Shown: piece by piece, positions 1 to 10,149 of the stretch
Numbering within the stretch: the first letter of the stretch is position 1
How the letters are laid out: every line of letters begins with the position of its first letter
NCBI GenBank assembly: GCA_035765895.1
Contig: DASTWL010000023.1
Location: forward strand, 41,310-105,309
Reading direction: 5' to 3'
DNA length: 64,000 bases
Origin: Verrucomicrobiia bacterium
Lineage (GTDB): Bacteria > Verrucomicrobiota > Verrucomicrobiia > Limisphaerales > DSYF01
Program-made: the position numbers and the translations under genes
Notes under the pieces: model-generated
What the model was told of the DNA's origin: nothing
Database searches by the model: none
Seen by the model: the letters and a program-made list of their open reading frames with translations, nothing else

Positions 1-1059
1 CACGGCCAGAAAATGCGCTGCCGCCTGCTTTCGTTGCGCCTCCGCCTCGGCAATGGGCCCCTGGTTCTGATTGAGGATGGGTAACGTCACGGTCACGCCA
101 AGCGACCATTTGTTGTCGGTTTGGTCCAACTGGTAGCCCGGGCTGAGATGGATGTCAGGATATTGCCGGGCGATTTCCAACTGCAACGCGGACTGGCGGG
201 CGGCGTATTCCGCGAGGGCCGCGCGAATGTCCGCGCGGTGCAACGCCGCCTGGCGTCTGACTTGCGGGGCCGGCAAGGCCGCGGGAACGCTGCGGAAACA
301 GGAAAAATCCAACACCACTCCGTCCAGTGCGCGCGCCGGCAGGCCCAATGCATCCGCCAGTTTGCCCCGCGCCTCCAGCCGCTGATGCCGGGCGTCCTGG
401 ATTGCCAGTTGAACATTCGCCAGGGTGATCCGCGCCTGGGTGACATCGAATGCGGCGACGCTGCCGGCGGCCAATTGGCCCTCCAGCAATTGCACCACGT
501 TCGACTGCGCCCCGGCTTGCGCGGCCAGCCGCGATTCCGTTTCGCGCGCGGCGTAAAGGTCGAGCAACGCCGTCCGCACCGCGCTCCGGGTTTGCCACAT
601 CGTGCCCACAAGATTCCAACGGGCCGCCTCGGCCAGGTGTTGAGCCTCTTCCTGGCGGCGCCCACGCTTGCCCGCCGTCTCAATCGGGATGTCCCACGTG
701 CCTCCCAGGATCCAGGGCGGCGGGGTGGTTGAATCATATTCCGGCGTGAAGGTCACCGAGGGGTTTGGCCGCTCGCCGGCGGTGATTTGGCCCGCCCGCG
801 CGAGCGCCCACTGCGCCCGGGCCTCGGCCAGCGCTGGCTGGTAGTAAAAGCCCACGAGCGTCAGGGCATCCAGATCCCAGACCGGTGATTTGCCTCCGCT
901 GGCCGGACCGTTCGATGCGACATACGCCAGCAGATTCGTATCCGTCAACGAGCGCGCATCAAACGCGGCCGCGCTCCTGGCCGGGGAAAGCGGGGCAGGA
1001 CGAAAGCGGGCACAACCTGCCAGCAAACCAATCATCAGGAGAATGAGGCAACATTTCAT
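1..1059 (-). CDS. Outer-membrane efflux lipoprotein, TolC/NodT family (3' end cut by window edge)
   Basis: Absent from the ORF track because it runs off the window. Hand translation from the ATG at 1059 stays open to position 1 (353 codons). It reads MKCCLILLMIGLLAGCARF (lipobox LLAGC) ...YYQPALAEARAQWALARAGQITAGERPNPSVTFTPEY..., which is NodT/CusC-like. ATGA start/stop overlap with the kinase gene at 1056-1059. Confidence 0.75.
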   Translation of the reverse strand, partial: MKCCLILLMIGLLAGCARFRPAPLSPARSAAAFDARSLTDTNLLAYVASNGPASGGKSPVWDLDALTLVGFYYQPALAEARAQWALARAGQITAGERPNPSVTFTPEYDSTTPPPWILGGTWDIPIETAGKRGRRQEEAQHLAEAARWNLVGTMWQTRSAVRTALLDLYAARETESRLAAQAGAQSNVVQLLEGQLAAGSVAAFDVTQARITLANVQLAIQDARHQRLEARGKLADALGLPARALDGVVLDFSCFRSVPAALPAPQVRRQAALHRADIRAALAEYAARQSALQLEIARQYPDIHLSPGYQLDQTDNKWSLGVTVTLPILNQNQGPIAEAEAQRKQAAAHFLAV

Positions 1060-2144
1060 GAGCGATTGGCAGATGAGCGCGCCAGGGGCAATCGCACAGT
1101 CACCGTGGTCAAGCCATCCGGCGTGGAAGCAATGGCAATTCGCCCGGCATGCGCGTGGACAATCCATTGCGCAATGCTGAGCCCCAGCCCGCACCCCTCC
1201 ACTTCGTTGTTGTGGCTCGCGTCACCCCGGAAGAAGCGGTCGAAGACACGATCCAGTTTGTCCGCGGGAATGCCCGGGCCCGTGTTTGTGATGGCAAATT
1301 CAGCGCTGTCACTGGCGCGCAGCAAGGCCAGGGTCACGCCGCCCGCGGGCTGGTTGTATTTGATGGCGTTGTCCACCAGGTTGAGCAGCAACTGGCGGAG
1401 CCGGTGCCGGTCTCCCTGCACCCGGGCGGCTTCACAGGCGGCCAGCTTCACTTCAATCCGGGCGGGCCGCGCCAGCAACTGCGCACAGCCGTGGCTTTCC
1501 CGCACGAGTTCGTCGAACGCCACCGGACCAAGATTGAGCGGCACCAGCCCCGCGTCCGCCTTGGTCAGCAAGGCCAGATTGTCCACGATGCGGGTCAGCC
1601 GCTGCACCTCATCGAGTTGACTGAGCATCCGCTCGCGTTGCGCAACGGTATGAGGCGTTTCGCCCAATGCCGTCTCCAGTTCCGCATGCAGCACGGTCAG
1701 CGGCGTCTTCAATTCATGTGAGGCGTGCAGGGTAAATTCCCGGATGCGCTGAAATGATTCGTTCAACCGGCGGGTCATGGAATTGAAGACTTCCGTGAGG
1801 CGGTCCAGTTCGTCGCCATTGTTGGTCCGGGGTAGCTGGTTGGCCAGATTGCACTCGTTGATGCGCGACGCGGCCTCCGTGAGCGCCGCCACCGGCGCCA
1901 GGGCCCGCCGGGTCAGCCACCAGCCGCCGGTCAGGCCGAGCACGGCCGCCGGCACGCCACACCACAACACCAAACTGATGACCTCGCCGAAATCTTCCTC
2001 CTGATCGGCGATGTTATTGACGGTCCTCGGCGGACGCGAACGCGGCTCGATCACAAATTCGTGATACGCCAGGCCACCCACGGCCATCAGCGCCGCAAAC
2101 AGGATTCCGGCATACCAGAGGTTGAGCCGTGCCCGGATGGTCAT
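1056..2144 (-). CDS. Sensor histidine kinase, heavy-metal (CusS/CopS-like) type
   Basis: 362 aa. N-terminus MTIRARLNLWYAGILFAAL, two TM segments, HAMP, H-box HASHELKTPLT and an HATPase_c tail (GLGLSIAQWIV). Overlaps the regulator gene by ATGA. Confidence 0.85.
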   Translation of the reverse strand: MTIRARLNLWYAGILFAALMAVGGLAYHEFVIEPRSRPPRTVNNIADQEEDFGEVISLVLWCGVPAAVLGLTGGWWLTRRALAPVAALTEAASRINECNLANQLPRTNNGDELDRLTEVFNSMTRRLNESFQRIREFTLHASHELKTPLTVLHAELETALGETPHTVAQRERMLSQLDEVQRLTRIVDNLALLTKADAGLVPLNLGPVAFDELVRESHGCAQLLARPARIEVKLAACEAARVQGDRHRLRQLLLNLVDNAIKYNQPAGGVTLALLRASDSAEFAITNTGPGIPADKLDRVFDRFFRGDASHNNEVEGCGLGLSIAQWIVHAHAGRIAIASTPDGLTTVTVRLPLARSSANRS

Positions 2145-2815
2145 GCGGCTTCCCTCAGCACGTAGCCGACGCCACGAATGGTGTGCAGCAGCCGGGGCTC
2201 AAACCCCTCGTCCACCTTTTCCCGCAGCCGCATGATGTTCACATCCACCAGGTTCGTGCCGGGGTCGAAATCGTAATCCCAGACCTTTTCCAGGATCGTC
2301 ATGCGACTGCAAATCCGGCCCGCCGAGCGCATCAAAAATTCCAGGAGCCGGAATTCAATTGCGGTCAAATCAATGCAGCTCTCCCCGCGCCGCACCTGGC
2401 GCGTCACGGTGTCCAGCGACAAGTCCGCCACGCGCAGAACGGGCGACTTGGATTCGCCGCCGCGCCGGACCAGGGCACGCACGCGAGCCGCCAGTTCGGC
2501 CACGACAAAGGGCTTGGGCAAATAATCATCCGCGCCCGCATCGAGCCCTTCGATGCGCTCGTTCACCTCGCCCCGTGCGGAAAGCAGCAGGACGGGCGTG
2601 CTTTTCCCTTGCTGTCTCAACAGCCGCACGATGCTCAAGCCATCCCGGCCCGGCAGCATGATGTCGAGGACAATGGCGTCAAAGGGAGTGGATCGGACAG
2701 CCGCCCAGGCACCGTCGCCGTGGTGGCAAACGTCCACGGCGAAGCCCTCCGCCTGCAGCGCCTTGCGGATGAACGACGCGGTTTTCTTTTCATCTTCCAC
2801 GACGAGGACGCGCAT
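2141..2815 (-). CDS. OmpR-family response regulator, CusR/CopR-like
   Basis: 224 aa. MRVLVVEDEKKTASFIRKALQAEGFAVD...DAIVLDIMLPGRDG...LLLSARGEVNERIEGLDAGADDYLPKPF closely parallels E. coli CusR as I recall it. Winged-helix C-terminus ...IHTIRGVGYVL. Confidence 0.9.
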   Translation of the reverse strand: MRVLVVEDEKKTASFIRKALQAEGFAVDVCHHGDGAWAAVRSTPFDAIVLDIMLPGRDGLSIVRLLRQQGKSTPVLLLSARGEVNERIEGLDAGADDYLPKPFVVAELAARVRALVRRGGESKSPVLRVADLSLDTVTRQVRRGESCIDLTAIEFRLLEFLMRSAGRICSRMTILEKVWDYDFDPGTNLVDVNIMRLREKVDEGFEPRLLHTIRGVGYVLREAA

Positions 2816-2824
2816 GACGGCTGA

Positions 2825-3901
2825 TCAATTAGCCTTTTCCCCGGCCGGGCGCGATTTCAAAACCTCGCCGCGTTCCGGACCGAACACCAAAACTTTGAAA
2901 CTGCCCGCCATCGGTTGGGGCCGTCGCTCGCCCGCCGCGCCCGGCGGGTATTCCGCAGCGCTCAGGTAAATCTTGTGCGTGGCCGGATCGAGCGCCATGG
3001 TCCGCGCACCACGCGCCGTCTTGAGGGTCTGGACCACGGTGAGCGCATCAGTTCCGTCGGCACGGGCAATGGTGGTGGTGCCTGCGCCGCAGGAGGCGAA
3101 CGCCAGCTGCGTGACTGGATCATATTTGCAGGCATCCACGCCCGCGCCAATCGGCACGCTGCCCAAGACCTTTCCGGTGTTGTCATCCATCATTACCATC
3201 AGCTTGTTCGCGCAGCCGAGAAACAGGCGGTGATGCGTCACATCAATGGCCAGTCCGGAAGCCTCTTCGCCCGGCGCGATGGGCCAGCGCGCCACCACCT
3301 CGCGTCGGGCCGCGTCGATCGCAACGAGTTCGCTCGTGTCTTCAATGTTGACGAAAATCCGGTCGCGGTCGGGATCCTCCACGGCAAACTCGGGTTTCCC
3401 GCCCAGCGGAATCGTCGCGAGCACTTTCGCGGTGCGGGCATCAATCACGGTGGCCGAATGCGAACGGCCATTGAACGCATACACCCCGGCGCGCTTTGAT
3501 TCGTAAAGGATGGCGTCGGGATTCCCACCCGTTTCCACCTTGGCGATCGGCTGCAACATCTTCACGTCGAAGATGCCGACCTTGTTTTCGCGGCCATTGC
3601 TGGTGAACCCGCGCCCCAAGTCCGGCGCCACCACAATCCCGTGAACGCCCGGCGTGTCCGCAACCTCACCGACAACCGTGTCCGTGGCGGTATCGATCAC
3701 GACCACCTTGGTCGCATGACTGACGTAGAGCCGGTGGGCGGAGGAGTCCACCTCGAGATAATCCCAGCCGCCCTCACCGCCGATGGGAATCGATTTGAGC
3801 GGACGATAATTGATTTGCGCGCCATCCGACGCCACGGTGCCAACCAACAACCAGCCGAACAGCGCCAGGCCACAAAGCGAACGGGCGAAATATGCCTTCA
3901 T
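2825..3901 (-). CDS. Secreted YncE/YVTN-type beta-propeller protein
   Basis: Repeated blades of the form LYVSHATKVVVIDTATDTVVGEV / ATVIDARTAKVLATIPLGGKP / LVAIDAARREVVARWPI. The internal ATG at 3901 gives the signal peptide MKAYFARSLCGLALFGWLLVG; the track start at 3916 is a TTG. Confidence 0.75.
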   Translation of the reverse strand: MKAYFARSLCGLALFGWLLVGTVASDGAQINYRPLKSIPIGGEGGWDYLEVDSSAHRLYVSHATKVVVIDTATDTVVGEVADTPGVHGIVVAPDLGRGFTSNGRENKVGIFDVKMLQPIAKVETGGNPDAILYESKRAGVYAFNGRSHSATVIDARTAKVLATIPLGGKPEFAVEDPDRDRIFVNIEDTSELVAIDAARREVVARWPIAPGEEASGLAIDVTHHRLFLGCANKLMVMMDDNTGKVLGSVPIGAGVDACKYDPVTQLAFASCGAGTTTIARADGTDALTVVQTLKTARGARTMALDPATHKIYLSAAEYPPGAAGERRPQPMAGSFKVLVFGPERGEVLKSRPAGEKAN

Positions 3902-3966
3902 AAGCTCACCAGCCAATTTGAACAGGACGGAGCGCGAATACCTGAAGAATGAGCGGGGAAGCAGGA

Positions 3967-4362
3967 TTAATCTTTGTCCTCCTTTTCACTCTGCTTCTGT
4001 TTGGCATCCTCCTGGCGCTCCTTCTCCTGTTCCGCAGCCGTTTCCTGGTCCACGGAAATCACCGATCCAGTGATCGCATCCACCTGCACCTCGGTGATGT
4101 CAGTGGTGCCAGAGGTGGCAATGTCAAACGACCAGACCAGCCGGCCATGCTCCTTTTCAAGCTCGCCTTCTTTGATGACGCCGCCCGGCACTTTCGCCAA
4201 CGCGATGCCCTCCGCTTGCGGCTGGCCCACTTTGGCCTGCGCTGCCAAAGGCGCGGTCTTTGCCTGGCTTTCGCACGACTCCTTTTCAGTGCTGCAGGCG
4301 GTCAGTCCCGCCGCCAGCAGACCGCAGACCCACAGGGAACGGATGGCAGTTTTTGAATTCAT
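3967..4362 (-). CDS. PepSY-domain lipoprotein with acidic/lysine-rich tail
   Basis: 131 aa. Signal plus lipobox (LLAAGLTACS). PepSY-like core PGGVIKEGELEKEHGRLVWSFDIATSGTTDITEVQVDAITGSVISVD. C-terminal tail EQEKERQEDAKQKQSEKEDKD. Confidence 0.6.
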   Translation of the reverse strand: MNSKTAIRSLWVCGLLAAGLTACSTEKESCESQAKTAPLAAQAKVGQPQAEGIALAKVPGGVIKEGELEKEHGRLVWSFDIATSGTTDITEVQVDAITGSVISVDQETAAEQEKERQEDAKQKQSEKEDKD

Positions 4363-4500
4363 GAACGTGTCCGGTTAGAGTTGTTAATTTTGGATTCCGC
4401 CGGCAGGGCGGCGGGACCAGTCAATCAAAGGCCGGTGACATGCTCATAACGTGTGGATGACAGTTTTGTCATCTGGAATCAACCAGCGGGACTGCGGCCG

Positions 4501-5439
4501 CTACGTTGCGCCGGGTAAAGACGGATTCCACCAGCATTCGCCCTTGCCGGCAATTGCGGCCTCGGCCCGCCGGCGGATGTCCTGCATGGCTGCGGGCGGC
4601 AGCGGTTTGAATTCGCGCCAGGCCTGAAACGCCGCGTCCTGTTCGTTGGGAAAACTTAGACCGAGCAACGCCACGTCCGGAGCGAGCGTCAACGTGTAGT
4701 GCAAACATTCCGCCACTGACAGGCGCGGCAGTTGCGGCTCGCTCGTGGGCGGTTTTCCACCGGAGCTGAATTTGCCGCGCGGACGCACGACCAGCGGCCG
4801 GTTGTAGCCCGGCGTGTCGCCCAACAGCTTGCCGGCGCCGAACGTCTTGAAGCAGACCGTGCCCACGCCGTTCTTCCGGGCCAGCGGCAGGATTTCCTCG
4901 ACATAGCGCGGATGCACGAACGGTCCAACGGGAAACATGACGACGTCGCACAAACCGCTTTTCAGCGCGGCCAGCAACACGTCCGGGTGATGACTTGAAA
5001 TCCCGCGAAAGCGCACCTTGCCCAACGTGGCACAATGGGCCAGTTGCTCCATGCCGCCGCCGGGCGCGGCGAGCCGTTCCCATTGGGCCAGCTCGGACAC
5101 GGCGTGAAACGCGAAGAGGTCCACACTGTCCAGCGCGAGCTGTTTGAGGCTGGCATCGACTTGCGGTTCCACGGGCGCATCGAGGTGGTCGATTTTGTCG
5201 ATGACGAACATTTTGTCGCGCCGGCCCTTCAAGGCCTTGCCGACCACCTCCTCGCTGTAGCCGTCCTCGTAGCCGGGCGCCGTGTCGATGACATTCAAGC
5301 CGAAGCTCATGGCGCGGTGGAGCGTGGCCACACATTGGTCGGCCGGAACCGAGCGATCGGCAAGATCCCCGATGCCCAGTTCGGAAGCTTGGAATCCCGT
5401 GAAACCGAGCGGGCGATGCTTCATGGCAAAGCGCAGCAA
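4501..5439 (-). CDS. Aldo/keto reductase
   Basis: 312 aa. MKHRPLGFTGFQASELGIGD...GLNVIDTAPGYEDGYSEEVVGKAL is an AKR signature. The likely ATG is at 5424, since 5439 is a TTG. The overlapping 4469..5485 ORF is a frame shadow. Confidence 0.85.
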   Translation of the reverse strand: MLRFAMKHRPLGFTGFQASELGIGDLADRSVPADQCVATLHRAMSFGLNVIDTAPGYEDGYSEEVVGKALKGRRDKMFVIDKIDHLDAPVEPQVDASLKQLALDSVDLFAFHAVSELAQWERLAAPGGGMEQLAHCATLGKVRFRGISSHHPDVLLAALKSGLCDVVMFPVGPFVHPRYVEEILPLARKNGVGTVCFKTFGAGKLLGDTPGYNRPLVVRPRGKFSSGGKPPTSEPQLPRLSVAECLHYTLTLAPDVALLGLSFPNEQDAAFQAWREFKPLPPAAMQDIRRRAEAAIAGKGECWWNPSLPGAT

Positions 5440-5513
5440 AGCACATTTGTCCGGCTGAAGCCATCGCCAATTGCGGTCGGTTCAAGCGGCAAAAGCGAAC
5501 TGGCGACGCGCCG

Positions 5514-5546
5514 ACAAAAAAGCGCGCCCGTTGACGCGGGCGCGCT
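5514..5546 (-). terminator. Intrinsic terminator downstream of sod
   Basis: On the minus strand: AGCGCGCCCG-cgtcaa-CGGGCGCGCT followed by TTTTTGTC. Confidence 0.6.
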
Positions 5547-5566
5547 GCGAGAATTTGCCCGATGGT

Positions 5567-6184
5567 TCAGGCGCCGTAGTTCCTGGCCACTTCGGCCCAG
5601 TTGACGACGTTCCAGAACGCCTTGAGATAATCGCCGCGCTTGTTCTGGTATTTCAGGTAGTAGGCGTGTTCCCAAACGTCCACGCCGAGAACGGGCGTGC
5701 CTTCGCAGCCCGCCACGGCTTTGCCCATGAGCGGGTTGTCCTGGTTGGCGGTGGAAACGATTTCGAGTTTGCCGTTGTTTTTGACGAGCCAGGCCCAGCC
5801 GGAACCGAAGCGGCCCAGACCCGCGGCTTCAAACTTCGCCTTGAAGTCGTCAAAGCTGCCGAACGCGGCCTTGAGGTCATCGGCGAGTTTGCCCGTCGGC
5901 GCGCCGCCGGCTTGCGGACCGAGAATCCGCCAGAAGAAGGTGTGATTCCAATGGCCGCCGCCGTTGTTGCGGACGGGGCCTTTGATGTTGTCCGGCGCGG
6001 AGCCGATGCCCTTCACGATTTCGTCCAGGCTCCTGCCTTCCAGCGGCGAGCCGGCAATGGCCTTGTTCAAATTGTCCACGTAGGCCTTGTGATGGCGATC
6101 GTGGTGAATCTCCATCGTGAGCGCGTCAAAATGCGGTTCCAGTGCTTCTTTCGGATACGGGAGAGGAGGTAGTTCAAATGCCAT
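5567..6184 (-). CDS. Fe/Mn superoxide dismutase
   Basis: 205 aa. [40 protein letters not shown] ... [17 protein letters not shown]. The metal type cannot be decided from sequence alone. Confidence 0.92.
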   Translation of the reverse strand: MAFELPPLPYPKEALEPHFDALTMEIHHDRHHKAYVDNLNKAIAGSPLEGRSLDEIVKGIGSAPDNIKGPVRNNGGGHWNHTFFWRILGPQAGGAPTGKLADDLKAAFGSFDDFKAKFEAAGLGRFGSGWAWLVKNNGKLEIVSTANQDNPLMGKAVAGCEGTPVLGVDVWEHAYYLKYQNKRGDYLKAFWNVVNWAEVARNYGA

Positions 6185-6276
6185 AGCTTTTCGTTACTGA
6201 GTTGTTAATGGTTTGATTAACTTCAACTGAAGCGTAGCACAGCTGAACGTCGGAGCAAGCCGGCGTGACGTTTTCG

Positions 6277-6900
6277 TCAGCGCGTCGCCGTGAGTTCGAC
6301 AAAATTTTGCAGCAGTTGCAGCCCGGCCTGCTGGCTCTTTTCCGGATGAAACTGCGTGGCAAACACGTTGTCACGCCAGACCGACGACGCGAATGTCTGG
6401 CCGTATTCCGTGCGCGTGGCGACAATCGCATCGTCCGCCGGCTGCGGGAAAAAGCTGTGCACGAAGTAAAAGTAACTGCCATCGGCGATGCCGCGGTAAA
6501 GGGGGCAGGCCGGCTGCGCGATCTTCACCTGGTTCCAGCCGATCTGGGGGATTTTCAATCCGTCCGCCGCGCCGAACCGGACGACGCTGCCGCGGAAAAT
6601 TCCCAGCCCGACGGCACAGCTGTTGAATTCCTCGCTGCGCTCGAACAGCGCCTGATACCCCACGCAGATGCCGAGAAACGGCCGGCCGCTGCGGATGAAA
6701 TCGCGGCTGGCAACGAGCAATTCCTGCCGTTGCAGTGCGTTGATGCAGTCGTCAAACGCGCCGACGCCCGGCAATACCAGCCCCCGCGCATCACCGATCT
6801 CATCCGGCCGTTGCACCAGCCGCACCGCCGCGCCCGCCTTGAGCAGGGCCTTGTGGACGCTGCGCAAGTTGCCGGAACCGTAATCGAGCAAAGCAATCAC
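6277..6900 (-). CDS. hisH: Imidazole glycerol phosphate synthase, glutaminase subunit
   Basis: 207 aa. [19 protein letters not shown]...LPGVGAF...GICVGYQ...FHPEKS. GTG start at 6900. Confidence 0.9.
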   Translation of the reverse strand: MIALLDYGSGNLRSVHKALLKAGAAVRLVQRPDEIGDARGLVLPGVGAFDDCINALQRQELLVASRDFIRSGRPFLGICVGYQALFERSEEFNSCAVGLGIFRGSVVRFGAADGLKIPQIGWNQVKIAQPACPLYRGIADGSYFYFVHSFFPQPADDAIVATRTEYGQTFASSVWRDNVFATQFHPEKSQQAGLQLLQNFVELTATR

Positions 6901-7000
6901 GCGCGCAGGTTACGCGCGCGGCCGGGGTCGCGCAATGCGCGGGTGGCACCGCCGGTCGCCCACTCGACAAAACCGTCCGCCTCCGCCTACATTGCGGCCA

Positions 7001-7789
7001 ATGTCGTTGGACAATCAACCACTCGTCATCGCCGGACGGACATTCCGCTCCCGGCTCCTCGTTGGCACCGGCAAATTCTCCGCACCCGAAGCCATGCGTG
7101 ACGCGCTGGCCGCAAGCGGCTCGGAAATCGTCACCGTCGCCCTCCGCCGCGCCGACCTTTCCGGGAAGCACGACCCGTTCGCCAACATTCTGGAGTTTGT
7201 GGATCCGGAGAAATATCTGCTCCTGCCCAACACCAGCGGCGCCATGAACGCGGAAGAAGCCGTGCGGCTCGCGCGCCTGGCCATGGCCGCCGGCCTGCCC
7301 AAATGGGTGAAACTCGAAATCCATCCCGACCCGCGTTACCTGCTGCCCGATCCCATCGAAACGCTCAAGGCGGCGGAACAGCTGGTGAAGGAAGGTTTCA
7401 CCGTGCTGCCCTACATCAATGCCGATCCCGTGCTCGCCAAACGGCTGCAGGAAGCCGGCACGGCCACGGTGATGCCGCTGGGCTCGCCCATCGGCTCCAA
7501 TCGCGGCATTCAAACCCGCGACCAGATTCGCATCATCATCGAGCAGGCCACCGTCCCCGTGGTGGTGGACGCCGGACTCGGCGCGCCGAGCCACGCGGCG
7601 GAAGCGATGGAAATGGGCGCCGATGCAGTGCTGGTCAACACGGCCATGGCCGTGGCCAGCGACCCCAACCGGATGGCCGTGGCGTTCAAACTGGCCGTGG
7701 AAGCCGGCCGGGCGGCCTTTGAAATCGGCCTCGCGGCCCAACACCTCGAAGCCGAGGCCACCAGTCCGTTGACCGGTTTTTTGAACTAG
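7001..7789 (+). CDS. thiG: Thiazole synthase
   Basis: [19 protein letters not shown]...VTVALRR...LPNTSG...[14 protein letters not shown]. Start moved to the internal ATG at 7001 ([12 protein letters not shown]). Confidence 0.9.
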   Translation: MSLDNQPLVIAGRTFRSRLLVGTGKFSAPEAMRDALAASGSEIVTVALRRADLSGKHDPFANILEFVDPEKYLLLPNTSGAMNAEEAVRLARLAMAAGLPKWVKLEIHPDPRYLLPDPIETLKAAEQLVKEGFTVLPYINADPVLAKRLQEAGTATVMPLGSPIGSNRGIQTRDQIRIIIEQATVPVVVDAGLGAPSHAAEAMEMGADAVLVNTAMAVASDPNRMAVAFKLAVEAGRAAFEIGLAAQHLEAEATSPLTGFLN

Positions 7790-7790
7790 C

Positions 7791-8807
7791 ATGAATCACC
7801 ACGTCAAACTCGCGCCGGCCCGCGCCCGGCAGCTCCTCACCACGGCCCGCCAGCGCCGCATTTTGGTCGTCGGCGATGTGATGCTGGACCAATTCATCTG
7901 GGGCGGCGTGACGCGCATTTCGCCCGAGGCGCCGGTGCCGGTGGTCGATTTTCACCGGGAAAGTTTCATGCCGGGCGGCGCCGCCAACGTGGCGCGCAAC
8001 CTGACTTCGCTCGAAACCCGCACCGACATCTTCGGCGTCGTCGGCCGTGACACCGCCGCGCAGCAGCTCGTGGCATTGCTCAAGGAACAACGGGTGGGCT
8101 GCCGCGGCCTCGTCACCAGCCCGGCGCGGCATACCAGCATCAAGACCCGCATCGTGGCGCATCAACAACAGGTCGTGCGCGTGGACCGCGAAACGCGCGT
8201 CCCGTTGAACGACGCATTGACGGCCCGTTTGCTCGCCGCCCTCGCGCCCGAACTGGCCCGCGCGGACGCCGTCGTGGTCGGCGATTACGGCAAGGGCGTC
8301 ATCACGCAAAAGCTGCTCGACGGACTGCAAAAGCTTTGCCGGGCGAAAGGCGTCTGGCTCAGCCTCGACCCCAAACCGGTTCACGCGCTCAACCTGGCCG
8401 GGCTCTCGCTGATCACGCCCAATCGCAAGGAGGCTTTTGAACTGGCCCAGGTGCCGGACGACACCCGCACAACCGATCCGCTGCAGGACAAGAACCTGCT
8501 GCGCGTGACGGAGCGCTTGCTCGGAGAATTGTGCCCGGCGTTGTTGCTGATCACGCTGGGCGATCAGGGCATGCTGCTGTGCCAGCGCGGCCAGGCGCCC
8601 TTTCACATCCCGACCGTGGCACAGGAGGTGTTTGACGTTTCGGGCGCGGGCGATACGGTCATTGCCACGTTTACCCTGGCCATTGCCGCAGGCGCGTCGC
8701 CGGTGGAGGCGGCCATCTTGTCCAATCACGCTGCCGGCATTGTGGTGGGCAAGATGGGCACGGCAACCGTGGCGCCTGAAGAATTGCTGGCCAGTTTTGG
8801 CCATTGA
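7791..8807 (+). CDS. hldA: D-glycero-beta-D-manno-heptose-7-phosphate kinase (RfaE domain I type, PfkB family)
   Basis: 338 aa. ILVVGDVMLDQFIWGGVTRISPEAPVPVVDFHRESFMPGGAANVARNL ... DVSGAGDTVIA. Confidence 0.8.
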   Translation: MNHHVKLAPARARQLLTTARQRRILVVGDVMLDQFIWGGVTRISPEAPVPVVDFHRESFMPGGAANVARNLTSLETRTDIFGVVGRDTAAQQLVALLKEQRVGCRGLVTSPARHTSIKTRIVAHQQQVVRVDRETRVPLNDALTARLLAALAPELARADAVVVGDYGKGVITQKLLDGLQKLCRAKGVWLSLDPKPVHALNLAGLSLITPNRKEAFELAQVPDDTRTTDPLQDKNLLRVTERLLGELCPALLLITLGDQGMLLCQRGQAPFHIPTVAQEVFDVSGAGDTVIATFTLAIAAGASPVEAAILSNHAAGIVVGKMGTATVAPEELLASFGH

Positions 8808-8863
8808 CCGCGCCGCCCAGGCAGCCGGGGCGGATCCCAAACGGCGCAACGCAAAACTCTTTC

Positions 8864-9652
8864 ATGACGCTCGAACAAAAAATCAGCCCTGATCACCTCC
8901 GCGCGCTCAAGGGACGGGCGCAAATCCCTGCGCTGACGACCTACGATTATCCGATGACCCGGATGCTGGATGAAACCGGCGTGCCGCTGCTGCTCGTGGG
9001 CGATTCGCTGGGCATGGTCGTGCTGGGTTATCCCGACACCACGCACGTTACGATGGCAGAAATGGAGCACCACGTCCGCGCCTGCGCCCGGGCCAAGCCG
9101 CGTGCGTTGCTTGTGGGCGACCTGCCCTATCACAGTTACGAAACGCCCGAGCAGGCCGTCGAGAACGCGCGCCTGCTGGTCGCCGCCGGCGCCGAAGCGG
9201 TCAAGGCCGAGGGCGGCAAGGAAATCATTCCGCAGGTGCAGGCGATTCTGGGTGCGGGCATCCCGTTCCTGGGCCACTTGGGCATGTTGCCCCAGCATGT
9301 GCTTGAAGAAGGTGGCTATCACATCAAAGGCCGCAAAGATGAGGAACACGCCAAGCTCGTCGCCGACGCCGACGCCCTGGCCGGCGCGGGCGCCTTCGGC
9401 ATTGTTTTGGAACTGGTGACGCCGCCGGTCGCCGCCGAAATCACCAGGCGGATTCCGATTCCCACCATCGGCATCGGCAGCGGCCGCGAGTGCGACGGGC
9501 AGATTCTCGTGACGCACGACCTGGTCGGCACCTTTCCGTGGTTCACGCCGCGCTTCGTCAAACCCAGGCGGCAGTCTGCGGCCGAAATGCAGGCGGCCGT
9601 GCGCGAGTGGATGATTGAGGTCGGCGCGACAGCGGCCAAACCGGCGGTTTAA
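8864..9652 (+). CDS. panB: 3-methyl-2-oxobutanoate hydroxymethyltransferase
   Basis: LTTYDYPMTRMLDETGVPLLLVGDSLGMVVLGYPDTTHVTMAEMEHH...KAEGG. The ATG at 8864 is preferred over the track start at 8804. Confidence 0.9.
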   Translation: MTLEQKISPDHLRALKGRAQIPALTTYDYPMTRMLDETGVPLLLVGDSLGMVVLGYPDTTHVTMAEMEHHVRACARAKPRALLVGDLPYHSYETPEQAVENARLLVAAGAEAVKAEGGKEIIPQVQAILGAGIPFLGHLGMLPQHVLEEGGYHIKGRKDEEHAKLVADADALAGAGAFGIVLELVTPPVAAEITRRIPIPTIGIGSGRECDGQILVTHDLVGTFPWFTPRFVKPRRQSAAEMQAAVREWMIEVGATAAKPAV

Positions 9653-9712
9653 AGCGCGTCAACGGCGGTGCTTTTCGGTTGCGCCGCGGGCATCGGGCAA
9701 CATCCTGAAGCC

Positions 9713-10090
9713 ATGCAACGGCACGCTGCGTTCCTGGGGCTGGTGCTCATGGCTCAATTGGCGCTGGGACCGGGCTGCACCACGCGCGTCCACGCCCGGG
9801 CCGAAGCAGAGCGGGCCTTCCGGGCCGGCGAGCAACGCGGCTCGGCTCTCACCACCGCTCGGGATAAGAACGTTTCCTTTACCGGTCCCGTAGCCAATCC
9901 ACTGGTTCCATGGGCTGACGGTCTGACGCTTGCCCGGGCCATCCTCGCCGCCCAATGGATGCCGGCGCAGGCGCCGCGAAACATCGTGCTCAAGCGCGGC
10001 GATGACCGGTTGGAGATTACGCCCGGCCAGTTGCTGTCCGGAAACGACATCCCGCTCGAGCCCGGCGACGTTGTGGAACTGGTTCCCTGA
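9713..10090 (+). CDS. Small lipoprotein with SLBB-like (polysaccharide-export beta-grasp) domain
   Basis: MQRHAAFLGLVLMAQLALGPGC lipobox. C-terminal part VSFTGPVANPLVPWADGLTLARAIL...IVLKRGDDRLEI...GNDIPLEPGDVVELVP resembles the SLBB pattern of Wza-type proteins. Confidence 0.45.
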   Translation: MQRHAAFLGLVLMAQLALGPGCTTRVHARAEAERAFRAGEQRGSALTTARDKNVSFTGPVANPLVPWADGLTLARAILAAQWMPAQAPRNIVLKRGDDRLEITPGQLLSGNDIPLEPGDVVELVP

Positions 10091-10149
10091 AACCGGCGGT
10101 CCGGGCGCGTCTTGCCGTGCGTCGGCGGCTGCGCTAGTGTGCGCTCATT

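Noticed and set aside
4469-5485. 338-aa ORF overlapping the aldo/keto reductase in another frame.
   Set aside because: The Arg/Gly/Ala-rich translation has no motifs, whereas the 4501..5439 frame has clear AKR signatures.
6901-7000. Possible TPP riboswitch upstream of thiG.
   Set aside because: I could not find the conserved CUGAGA / ACCUGAUCUGGAUAAUGCCAGCG-type elements in the 100-nt leader. An Rfam/Infernal scan would be needed to settle it.
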